Shown: positions 48,071 to 60,045 of the stretch, one piece after another
How the letters are laid out: every line of letters starts with the position of its first letter
How positions within the stretch are numbered: position 1 is the first letter of the stretch
Source: Mobula hypostoma
Lineage: Eukaryota
Length of the DNA stretch: 64,000 bases
Direction of reading: 5' to 3'
Assembly: GCF_963921235.1 (NCBI RefSeq)
Contig: NC_086097.1
Span: forward strand, 43,774,001 to 43,838,000
Notes under the pieces: generated by a model
Told to the model about the DNA's origin: nothing
The model's input: the letters and a program-made list of their open reading frames with translations, nothing else
The model's database searches: none
Program-made: the position numbers and the translations under genes

Positions 48071-50051
48071 AATGCATTTTTCAGTAGGGTTATTTTTATG
48101 ATAACTTATGAAGAGTATTTACACATCTGACGTAGAGATAGGCCATACAAACCCGAGTCTATGCCAGCTCTTGGAGCATCGCCATCAGTCGCAACTACAT
48201 TAATGACTTGTGCAAGTCCTATAGCACGGACAACTCATCAGGGATAGAAAAACAGTCAATATGGTCTGGAAAGAACACTTTTAATATCATGCCCATCCAT
48301 GGTTCTGTCTTTGATGCGAGGACACCTCACATCAGTCTATTTGAGTCTGGCTCATCATCACTCTTGACTGACACTTGAAAAATAATAATGCCCAATAAAC
48401 AGAGCGTCTTCCTGCGGAAATCCCAAAGCTCTGCAATGAGGAGCTCCGACCATAAGTCCACAGCCTTATCACCCATATCTGGAAGATGAGGATATATACC
48501 AGGAAACCTCACATGCTGCAATCTTAACCATCCTCAAGAAAGGAGATTTAGGCCATCATCAGACTATGAATGGGTTCTATTTTACAGACATCCATAAGTC
48601 AATTTTGACCAATTTTGAGTGTATTTTCCAAATTATGGACAATCACTGGAGCTGGTAATGATACCGCCACAATATTGTAATGGGTGGTGTTGTTGAGGGC
48701 TAGTTAATATTAACATTTACTTGTCTTTTCCTGTCCAATTACAATGGTACAAAATCAGGATGTCATACGCTCAATGGCTGGTTTTGACGGGATTGAAGTA
48801 TCAGTGGATATCACATTGTTTAGCAGTATTGTTTCACAAATATCAATAGAAATGATTGCTTCTCAAATCCAAAGCAACTCACTTAAGTAACCTTCCAAGA
48901 TGAAAATATCTGCCTGTATTCTTAAGAGACTATAGTGTCTAATTACTGTGGGGAAGGTTATAAACAAACAATTTTCCCCCCAGGAGTGGTTCTCATTTGA
49001 ATTTAATATTTATGAAGCCTGTCCATGTGCACAAGATATCCATAAATAGTACTCATAACCTGGGAATGCCCATATTGAACAGTGGTAACAGTGTGTAAGG
49101 GAAAAGACAAAGAGGCATAATTTATGGTTGCATGGGAAGGTGTCACAGGAAGGGAAGGGAAGGGATCTGTTGGTGGTGATCTGAGGAATGGCCAATGGAA
49201 CTTGTCACGAAAGGAAATTGCATTTCAGAATGTTGATACACTCATTCACTATACTAACTCCTCCACGCTGGAATGAGAGATTGATGCTTCAGATTTAAAA
49301 TAATCTGTTTAATCATTTCTGTAAGTAATTGGAATGAGAATTTAGTCATTATTTTGTTCATTGGAATATGAATACTAGTTATAGTTTTGAATAACAGATT
49401 GGAGAAAAATGTACTGCAGCTTCTATGTACATACAGGTCAAACAGAATTACTATGTTAATGACAATCCTAGAGCAGATGAGGAGGGTTAAAAATTGTAAG
49501 AGGATTTTGGAATCTCGGCAGCTACTTCTTTGGAAGTTGGTGAAATGATGTCTTTATCATTCCACCACTGTATGTAAAAGGAAAACGTGTCTCAAGAGGC
49601 ATATAGTGAGAAAGTAGGTTGACAAATTTTAACCATTAAATGATGATATGAGCATTTTTCATGTTCCTAAATATTCTTAATGTTTTATTTTGTTCAAGTT
49701 CCACCTTGTAAGTAGAAATTAAATGTTGCTGGTGTAAAATGTTTGAAAAGGTTTTGGGAAACTGGTCAAGCTTCTGTTATTGGGTTGTCTCAATGGGATA
49801 TACTGCTCGCATACTAAGGGATCTGTGATGATGTGGCGGTAGTAGAAATGTAGATTTCATTTCACACATGTCAGACCACATGACTGCTATGAAAAAGGAT
49901 TAATGTTTCATTGATTTTAAAATTCAATATAATGCTACAGCTAACAACAGATTAGAGTCATTGCATTAAACATTGAGCAGCTAATATTTATTTTCAAAAA
50001 TTTACATGCAAATACAAATGGAAATAAAAGATGTAATCTGTGTTTTCGTAG

Positions 50052-50768
50052 TTTAGCAAGATAAGAGCCCATGGAATGACAGGGAAGTTACTAGCATGGG
50101 TGGAGCATTGGCTGGTTGGCAGAAAACAGAGAGTGGGAATAAAGGGATCCTATTCTGGCTGGCTGCCGATTACCAGTGGAGTTCCACAGGGTTCAGTGTT
50201 GGGACCGCTGCTTTTCATGATGTATGTCAATGATTTGGACTATGGTATTAATGGATTTGTGGCTAAATTTGCCAAAGATACAAAGATAGGTGGAGGAGCA
50301 GGTAGTGTTGAGGAAACAGAGAGCCTTAGATAGTTTAGGGGAATGGGCAAAGTGGCAAATGAAATACAATGTTGTAAAGTGTATAGTCTTGCACTTTGGT
50401 GGAAGAAATAAATGGGCAGACTATTATTTAAGCAACACACATCAAAGTTGCTGGTGAACGCAGCAGGCCAGGCCTGCTGCATTCACCAGCAACTTTGATG
50501 TGTGTTGCTTGAATTTCCAGCATCTGCAGAATTCCTCGTGTTTGCGAGACTATTATTTAGATGGGGAGAGAATTCAAAATGCAGAGATGCAAAGGGGCTT
50601 GGGAGTCCTTGTGCAAGAAATCCTAAAGGTTAACCTCCAGGTTGAATCAGTTGTGAAGAAGGCGAATGCAATGTTGGCATTCATTTCTAGAGGTATAGAA
50701 TATAAGAGCAGGGATGTGATGTTGAGGCTCTCTAAGGCACTTGTGAAACCACACTTGGAGTATTGCCT
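50052..50768 (+). mobile_element. CR1 RT fragment interrupted by a fold-back insertion
   Basis: [33 protein letters not shown]...KFAKDTKIGG. Confidence 0.88.
50431..50546 (+). mobile_element. Minimal Penelope-derived fold-back element
   Basis: 81-nt near-perfect palindrome (50430-50510), 36-nt tail, perfect 13-bp TSD AGACTATTATTTA (50418-50430 and 50547-50559). Confidence 0.85.
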
Positions 50769-52949
50769 TATCTTCTGTTCTAATTTGACTTCCTTTCCTC
50801 CTCTAACATTTACACCAGAACCATAACACAAGAACATAGGCATAGGAGTAGGCCAACAGGCCTATCAAGCCTGCCCCTCTGTCAATATGATCATGGCTCC
50901 CTGCTATCTTCTGTGCCAGCTTCCCACGGCATTGAATCCCTCAACATTTTAAATATTTACCTATGCCCACCTTGAATTGCACACCATAAAAAGTATATGC
51001 TATAGCCTCCCATCACTGTCTAAGTTGAAGACCTACTGCGTTTATTTAGAACAAGTGAGTAATGATTCTCTCATTTAAATAGACCTCTTAATAGTCATAT
51101 TGTATTTTTGCTTGTACAGTATAATGGTTTGCTTCTTCAATTAAGGCAAGTTAAGTGTTCCAAGAAAAAAAATATAAAATAGCTTTAAATAATGTCAGGA
51201 GTAGCAGGAAGCATATTGTTTTAGAACCTGGAGATAAAAGCTACCTTCATTCATAGGATGCAGATCTCTTTTGCACGCAAAGATGGCTTTAACTCCTTGG
51301 TTGAACTTTCAATGACATTTGAAATTAAAAAGTCTGTTACAAAATCAGAAGACTACCCCCGTGTTCTTCGCTGAAGAAAATTAAAATGTGTGGCTATACC
51401 TTGTTAGGGAGTATTCTGGAATATGCAAATATAGTAGAAATTAATTCAAACAACAACCAGTCTTTAGTTCTTAATGCAAATTGTAAATTGCAAGCAGTAA
51501 AACTGAAGTTAAAAGCACACCTTTGCAAATAAACAATACTTTCTGTAAGATATAGTTTTCAAAATGGTGACCATAAGATGTTTGCATAAGCATCAGCCGA
51601 ACATTAAGACAATGGGGTTGTTCATTGTTCAAAGTAAATTTATTATGAAAGTACATCTATGTCACCATTAACAACCCTGAGATTCATTTTCTTGCAGGCA
51701 ATCACAGTAAATACAAGAAACAATAGAATCAATGAAAGACCACATCCAACAGGACAAACGACAACCAATCTGCAAAAAAACCCCAACAAACTGTGTAAAT
51801 ACAAAAAGAGAAAAGAAAGAAATAATAATAATAATAAACAATTAATCAATAAATATTGAGAAGATGAGAAGAAGAGTCTTTGAAAGTAAGTCCATAGGTT
51901 GTGGGAAGATAGATACTTTTATTGATCCCAAAGGAAATTACAGTGTCACAATAGCATTACAAATACACAGATGTATAAATATTAGAAGAGAAGTAGAAAC
52001 AATAAAAAATAAGTTACCTCAAACAGTCTAATAGGAATGGGTCATCACTTCCCGGGCTATAGGTTGACTCATTATAGGGCCCAATGGCTGAGGGTAGGAA
52101 TGTTCTCATATAGCACTCTTTGGAGCAGCACAGTTGTGAACAGTTCAGTGATGGGGTGAGTGAAGTTGACTGAAGCTGTCCCTTCTGATTCAAGAGCCTG
52201 ATGGTTGAGGGTTAATAACTGTTCCTGAACCTGCTGGCATGAGACCTGAGACTCCTGTACCTTCTTTCTGAAGGCAATAGTGAGAAGAGAACATGGCCTG
52301 TATGATGGACATCTTTGACAATGGATGCAACTTTCCTGCGACAGGAAATATGCTCAGCTCAGGACAGATCCCCTGAAATGTCACCACTGAGGAACTTAAA
52401 GTAATTGACCCTCTCTGACTGGCTCATGACTCTCCAGTTTTCTCCTGAAGTCAATAATCATCTCATTGGACTCGCTGACATTGAATGAGAGGTTGTTGTT
52501 GTGGCATTGTGTTAATTGGCCTGCATGAATCCAGGTAATTATGGTTTTCATCTGGCTCTCAGTCATTAGAGGTTTTTAGAATATTTGTGTTAATTAGTTT
52601 CCCCTAGCAAAGGCATTTGAACCTTCAGTGGTGTTTTATCAATTACAATGTGCTTCCACTGCAAATATGTAACTGAAAGGAACTATTTGTCAATCCAGAG
52701 TGTTGAAGTCAACAATGTCATTGTAACTATTGAAATTATATTGAATCACCTTCTGATACCTTTGATCTTAAGTGCTTAAAAAGGTGATGTATTTTTGGGT
52801 TCATGAGACTCCACCGACAGAGTCTCCAAGAAAATGTCTGCTTGTCATATGAATAAATTCTTTCATATCCACAACATCAGTGTCTCTGCGGTGACTTTGA
52901 TCACAGTTACACCATACCTAATCACTTTTAAGACAGAATATCTTAGCTT

Positions 52950-54110
52950 TTCAGAACAGTACAGGATTGTACCCTTTGACCCATGATGTGTCGACCTTTT
53001 CACCTGCTCTAAGATCAATCTAACTGTTCACTCTCCCATAGGCCTCCAATTTTCTTTCATACAGTGGTCTATTTTAGAGTCTCTTAAATGTCCCTAATGT
53101 ATCTGTCTTTACCAGGACCCCTGACACTTCATTCCATGCACCAGCCACTCTCTGTGTAAGGAAATTACCTCTAATATCCCCCTATACTTTCCTCCAATTA
53201 CCTTAAAATTATGTTCCCTCGAATTAGCCATTTCTGCCCTGGGAAAAAGGTTTCTGGCTGTCCACTCTACCTATGCCTCTTTTCATCTTTTACATCTCTA
53301 TCAAGTCACCCCTGAACCTCCTTCACTCCAAAGCGAATAACTCTAGCTCACTGAGATTATGCTCATAAGACATGCTCTCCAATCCAGGCAGCATCCTGGT
53401 AAATCTCCTCTGCATCCTCTTCCATATCCTATAATGAGGTGACCAGAACTGAACACAACACACCAATATAGTCAGAACAGAGTTTTATAGAGCTGCAACA
53501 TTACCTCACTGCTCTTGAACTTAATCCCCTTACTAATGAAGGCCAACACTCCAAACCCTACCTAACATTTAACACCCATAACATCAAGTAGAAATTCCTG
53601 CCTCTGTGACAGCCATGTCTCCGAAAAGACCGTAACATTGTAGGTCCATGTACTAATCTACGCTCTAAATTTATCACCTTTGACCCTGATACTGTTCACT
53701 TTGAAGTAGATACATTTCAACCAATCCAAATGACTACATCTATGCCCCATCCACTCCCTCCTCACAGTGTGTCTGCACGCAGCATCTACCTTTACAACAA
53801 CTGATCCATCCTCTGACCTATCGCACTGGTTCCCATCCCCCCGCCAAACTAGTTTAAACCCTCCCCAACAGCTCTAGCAAACCTGCCTACGAGGATGTTG
53901 GACTCCGCAAATTTAGGCATAACTCAGTCCTTTTGACACATCTTCCCCAGAAGAGATCCCAGTGATCCACAGATTCAGAAACCCTGTCCCCTGCACCAAT
54001 TCTTCAGCCACAAATTCAACCGCCATATCCTGCTATTCTTACTCTCACTGGTGTGTGGCACTGAGATTACTACCATGGAGGCCCTGAATTTCAGCTTCCT
54101 ACCTAGCTCC
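52950..54110 (-). mobile_element. Decayed CR1 fragments (3' end and ORF1/ORF2 junction)
   Basis: Similarity to 24808-25400 and 27780-28038 (CTAGTTTAAACCCTCCCCAA). Confidence 0.7.
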
Positions 54111-55168
54111 TATATCACCTCCTCATTCTCATATCACATCCTTACATCAGCCATTGCTGTCAGCTTTGGTTCAACCCCTCTCACAATAAACTATAGCAAA
54201 CTCTCAGGACAGCAGAAAAGGACGTTGGCTACGGTATATTCTACCGTCCCTGCAGGACTTGAATGTTGCAGGACAAAGAAGCAGGTAGGAAAAATCATCA
54301 TGGACATTATTCACCCCCAGCAAACTGCCTTTTCTCTTTTGGAAATCACTATAGGGCTATTAAAACAAAAACTTAATGCCATCTTAAAAGTTTCTTCCGT
54401 CAAGCAGTTAATTTGATCAACTATTCTAGTTAGACCCCCATTCCTCTCTATCTATTATCTCAGTCACTGCACTGTAAACACTGTAAACCACTTTTTATAA
54501 TGCTGTTTACATTGTAAATACATGCTGGTATTTATGTGTTTATGCACATTTTATTCCATAACTGGACCTCAAACTATTTTATATAATTCTTTATTCTGTA
54601 TAATTGTGGAATATTGTCATTTTTTTGTTGCATGTAGTGCCAACACACCACAGCAATTTCCTGAAACATGTAAATGTACATGGTGAATAAAGTTGATTCT
54701 TGAATCTCCCGAATGTGCTGAAGGTCATCCAGTTCCAGCTCCCAGCATGGTCTGTATGGAGTTGCACTCAGATGCACCACTCGCAGATGTAACAATCACG
54801 GAGACTGGACTTCTTCCTGATCCCCCACATCTGTATGAGGAGCACACTGCTGATCTGGAATCTATTCACACTCCTCTAGCTAGGCAATGATAAAGAAACA
54901 GAAACTCAACTTAATCTTTATCACTGAAGTCTCTTGAGCCAAGACCTCAGTTCCCCATTCTGACTCTGTCCCACTCCAACAATGGCCACTCTGCTTTTTA
55001 TTGGCCTTTGAAAATACCTAATTACCCAAACAATCTCAATCTTCACAGTAAGTCTTGATAACCTCTGCTCACTTTTCAAATCTGGCTTTAAAATCCATAA
55101 GTGACTGTTTCCACAATCTCAATCTCTACAGAAAGTCCATTTTAGTGTATTGTGGTAAACCATATATA

Positions 55169-55377
55169 TGTTGTAACTGGGTTAACTGTCTGGACACGCC
55201 CCTCTGCTGACTGCTCCTGTGGCTCCTCCCACAGTTCCTGTATAAAGGTGTTTTGCCTTGCCCCTCCCCCTCAGTCCGGGGGCAGACACTCACCATGGAG
55301 GTCGTATTGTACAGCGAATAAAAGCCTTTCAGTATTTTACCCAAGCTCAATCTTTTGGAGTTATTGAAGGTGCTTCA
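55169..55377 (+). mobile_element. Solo LTR (Gypsy-like), 209 bp
   Basis: TG...CA termini, internal TATAAA and downstream AATAAA, 4-bp flanks TATA/TGTA. Confidence 0.7.
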
Positions 55378-56099
55378 TGTATCTACTTTCTTCAGCTTCA
55401 CTTTTTTTGCAGATTAATTCCGTGACATAAAATGTACCATGAAAATGGGACAAAATACTTTAAAGATTCTTGTTAATTACAAATATTATGAATTGTGTTA
55501 TTTTAACATGTACTGAAGTGTGTCAGTATACAGCATTAAGAATTATATTTGTACATAAGACACTTAAGGAAAATTCATGATACTTTTGGATAATAACATC
55601 TGCAGGTGCAGGAGCAGATCCTGGAGAACCTTGACCCTGCTCTACAATGCTGATCTGATATTTGAATCAAACTCCATTTCCCCCTTAGTCCCCATGAGCT
55701 GTGACTCCATTTAGTTCATATAGTTATCTTACTCTTGATTATACGTAAAAGTCTTCAAAAACTGCTTGTGGATCATAAATTATGATAATAATTGAAATTA
55801 GATTTAGATTGGCCCCAAAGTTCCAAGATTCTGAATAACCCCAAGAAAGGGACATTTGAGAGCTATCATTCAGATAGATTGTGGAGAATTGTATCATATC
55901 CTGATTTGCTCATCTCTCCTCTATAATTGCGTAACATCTTTGGATGGACTGAGAGTGGTATTTGTACGTGAAAGAGGGGCGGCGTAAGCTGAAATTGGAG
56001 GTGTAAGAGAAAAGAGAAAAGAGCTTGAAATTGGAGGTGTAAGAGAAAAGAGCTTGACATGTTCCGTTTTTTGACCAAAATAAATTATATTCTGAGCAG

Positions 56100-58748
56100 C
56101 TAACAAGAAAAGGATCCTTTTATTCCCACTCGCTGCCTCCTACCAATCAGCCAATTCTCTAACCATGTTAGTAACTTCCCTGTAATACTAGGGGCTCTTT
56201 TCTTGGTAAGCAGCCTCATGTATGGCATCTTGTCAAAGGCATTCTGAAAGTCAAAATATGCAACATCTACTACATCCCCTTTATCTAACCTACTTGTAAT
56301 CTCCTCAGAGAATTTCAGTGGGTTCATCAGGCAGAATTTTCCCTGAAGAAAACCATGCTGACTTGTACTATCTTGTCCTGTCTCACCAAGCGCTCCATCA
56401 CCTCATGCTTAACAATTGACTCTAACATCTTCCCCACCACTGAGGTCAGGCTAACTGGTCTATAATTTCCTTTCTGCTGTCGTTCCTCCTTTCTTAAAGA
56501 GTGGAGTGATATTTGCAATTTTCCAGTCCTCCGGTACCATGCCAGAGTCCAGTGATTTTTGAAAGATAATTTCTCATGCCACCACAACCGCTACCTCTTT
56601 TAGAACCCGAGGGAGCAGTTCATTTGGTCCGGGTGCCTTATGTACCTTTAGGTCTTCCAGCTTTTTGAGCACCTTCTCTCTTGTAACAGTAACTGCACCC
56701 ACTTCTCTTCCTTCACACACTACAACATCAGGCATACTGCTAGTTTCTTCCACAGAGAAGAGTGACGCAAAATACTCATTTAATTCATCAGCCATCTCCT
56801 TGTCCCCCGTTATTATTTCTCCTGCTTCATTTTTTAGAGGTCCTATATCCGCTCTCATTTCTCCTTTATTTTTAACATACTCGAAAAAACTTTTACTATC
56901 CACTTTGATATTATTTGCTAGCTTGCTTTCATATTACATCTTTTCTCTAATGATTTTTTTAGTTGCTTTCTGTAGGTTTTTATAAACTTCCCAATCCTCT
57001 ATATGCCCACTAATTTTTGCTTTGTTGTATGCCCTTTCTTTTGGTTTTACAATAGCTTTAACTTCTCTTGTCAGCCATGGTTGTACTATTTTACCATTTG
57101 AGTATTTCTTCATTTTTGGAATACATGTGTCCTGCACCTTCCTCATTTTCCCCAGAAATGCGTACCATTGCTGCTCTGCTGACATCTCTGCCAGCAGCTC
57201 CTTCCAATTTACTTTAGCCATCTCCTCTCCCATCCCACTGTAATTTCCCTTACTCCACTGATATACTGCCACAGCAGACTTTACTTTCTCCCTATCCAAT
57301 TTTAAGTTGAATTCAATGATATTGTGATCACTGGTTCCTAATGGTTCTTTTACCTTAAGCTCAATAATTGCTTCCGGTTCATTAAATAACACCCAATCCA
57401 GTATAACTGATCCCCTAGTAGGCTCAACGACAAACTGCTCTAAAAGCCATCTCTTAGGCATTCAACAAACTCACTCTCTTGAGATCTATTACCAACCTGA
57501 TTTTCCCAATCGACCTGCATGTCAAAATCTCCCTTGGCTACCATGACATTGCCCTTATACCTTTCCTATTTCCTGTTGTAATCTGTGGCCCACCTCCCAG
57601 CCACTGTTGGGAGGCCTGTATATAACTGCCATCAACGTCCTTTTACCCTTGCAGTTTCTTAACTCAACCCACAAGGATTCAACATCTTCTGATCCTATGT
57701 CACATCTTTCTACTGATTTGATGCCATTCTTTACCAGTAGAGCCACATCACACCCTCTGCCTACCTTGCTATCACTCCGATACAATGTGTAACCTTGGAC
57801 ATTCAGCTGCCAACTACAACCATCCTTCAGCCACAATTCAGTGATGGCTACAACATCATAACTGGCAATCTGTAATAATACAAGATCATCCACTTTATTT
57901 CTTATACTACACGCATTTAGATACAACACCTTGAGCACCTTATTTGCTATCCTTTCTGATTTTGCATCCCTAATGATTTGATACTCAGCCTGTTGGCTGC
58001 AACTAAGTCGCATCACCTGCCTGCCCTTCCTTGACAGTCTGACTGCATGCTATCTTGACTTTTTTACCATCCATCCTATCCTGAGTCCCTTCACTCCGGT
58101 TCCCATGCCCCTGCCAAATTAGTTTAAACCCTCCCGAACAGCTCTAAAAAACCCACCCACAAGAACATTGGACACCCTCGGGTTCAGGTGCAATAACCCG
58201 TCAGTTTTGAACAGGTCATACCTTCCCCAGAGGAGATCACAATGATCCAAGAACCTGAAGCTCCGCCCCCTGCACCAGCTTCTCAGCCATGCATTTATCT
58301 GCCAAATCATCTTGTTTCTACCCTCACTGGCACATGGCACAGGCAGCAATCCAGAAATTACTACGCAGGAGGTCCTGCTTCTCAGCTTTCTACCTAGCTC
58401 TCTAAATTCTCTTTTCAGGACCTCAGTGCTTTTCCTTCCTGTGTCAATGGTACCAATATGTACCAAGACCTCTGGGTGCCCTCCCACCCTCTCCAAAATG
58501 TTGTGGACGTGATCTGAGACATCCCTGACCCTGGCACCTGGGAGGCAACATACCATCTGGGTGTCCCTTTCACATCCACAGAATCTGCTGTCTGTTTCCC
58601 TCACCTTTGAGTCCCCTGTCACTACCACTCCCTTCTTCTCTCCCTTTCCCCTCTGCACCAAGGACCCGTGCTCAGTGCCTGTAACCCGGTTGCCGTGGCA
58701 TTCTCCCGGGAGGGCAGCCCCCACAAAAGTATCCAAAGTGGTGTACTT
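56100..58748 (-). mobile_element. Long CR1 LINE fragment (SGNH esterase ORF1 plus disrupted ORF2)
   Basis: VVTGDS..VCCLPGARV..VHIGT.D..DGLLHLN (esterase), YLNACSIRNK, YRPPNS, SDHN, GNYRPVSLTSVVGK, DFQNAFDK. Confidence 0.92.
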
Positions 58749-58764
58749 GCTTTTTTTATATACC

Positions 58765-60045
58765 CAATGACTTGACCTCCACAGCCACATGTGGCAATGA
58801 ATTCCACAGATTCACCACTCTGGCTAAAGAAATTCCTCCTCATTTCCATTCTAAAAGGACACCCTCTGTTCTGAGGCTTTGTTCTCTGGTCTTAGACTCC
58901 CCCGCCACAGGAAACATACCGTCCACATCCACTCTATTGAGGCATTTTAATATTTGATAGGTTTCAATGAGGTCACCCTCATTCTTCTGAATTCCAGTGA
59001 GTACAGGCCCGGAGCCATCAAACACTCTTCATATGACAAGCTTTTCAATCCAGAATCATTTTCATGAACCTCCTTTGAACCCTCTCCAATGTCAGCACAT
59101 CCTTTCTTAGAAAAGGGGCCCAAAACTGCTTACAATACCCCAAGTGAGGCCTCACCAGGGCTTTATAAAGCTCCACCATTACATCCTTGCTTTTATATTC
59201 TGATCCTCTTGAAATGAATGCTAACATTGTATTTGCCTTCCTCACCACAGACTCGACCTGCAAATCAACCTTTAGGGAATCAGAATCCAAATCAGATTTA
59301 ATATCACTGGCATATATTGTGAAATTTGTTAACTTTACTGCAGATCATTACGAATGCCTCCACCTCTTTCAGAACCCTGGGGTGTATACCACCTAGTTCA
59401 GGTGACTTACCTACCTTCAGACTTTTCAGTTTCCCAAGAACCTTCTCCCTAGTAATGGCAGCTTCCTACTCTTCACATGCTTGAACTTCCACCATATTGC
59501 TTGTGTCAGTGAAGACTGATGCAAAAAAACTTATTCACTTCATCCACCATTTCCTTGTCCCCCATTACTACCTTTCCAACATCATTTTCCAGCAGTCTAA
59601 TATCTACTCTTACCTCTCTTTTACACTTTATGTATCTGAATACATTTTTTAATATCATCTTTAATATTATTGGCCAGCTTACCTTCATATTTCATCTTTC
59701 CCTTCTTTATGACTTTTGCCTTCTGTTGGTTTTTAAAAGTTTCCCCATCCTCTATCTTCCCACAAATTTTTGCTCTATGATATGCCCTCTCTTTGGCTTT
59801 TATACTGGCTTTGGCTTCTCTTGTCAGCCATGGTTGTGTCATCTTGCCTTTAGAATATTTCTTCTTTGGGATGTATCTGTCCTGCAACTTACAAATTGCT
59901 CCCAGAAATTCCAGCCATTGCTGCTCTGCCTTCATCCCTGCTGGTGTTCTTTTCCAATCAGTTCTGGCCAACTCTTCTATCACGCCTCTGTAATTCTCTT
60001 TACTCCACTGTAATAGTGATACATCTGACTTTAGCTTCTCCTTCT
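58765..60045 (-). mobile_element. Additional CR1 ORF2 fragments
   Basis: LYKALVRPHLGYC..WAPFLRKD (58770-59280) and QPWLTREAKASIKAKERAY (59370-60045). Confidence 0.85.

Noticed and set aside
163..50546. CRISPR array or DNA-transposon MITE interpretation of the recurring palindromic repeats
   Set aside because: Eukaryotic context, dispersed copies and no spacers; the arms match the terminus of the GIY-YIG-bearing element at 28190-28867, are asymmetric and have variable-length TSDs.
58119..58790. Host SGNH/GDSL esterase gene
   Set aside because: It is the ORF1 of a CR1 element, directly followed by CR1 ORF2, with decayed copies at 27.8, 47.3 and 53.9 kb.
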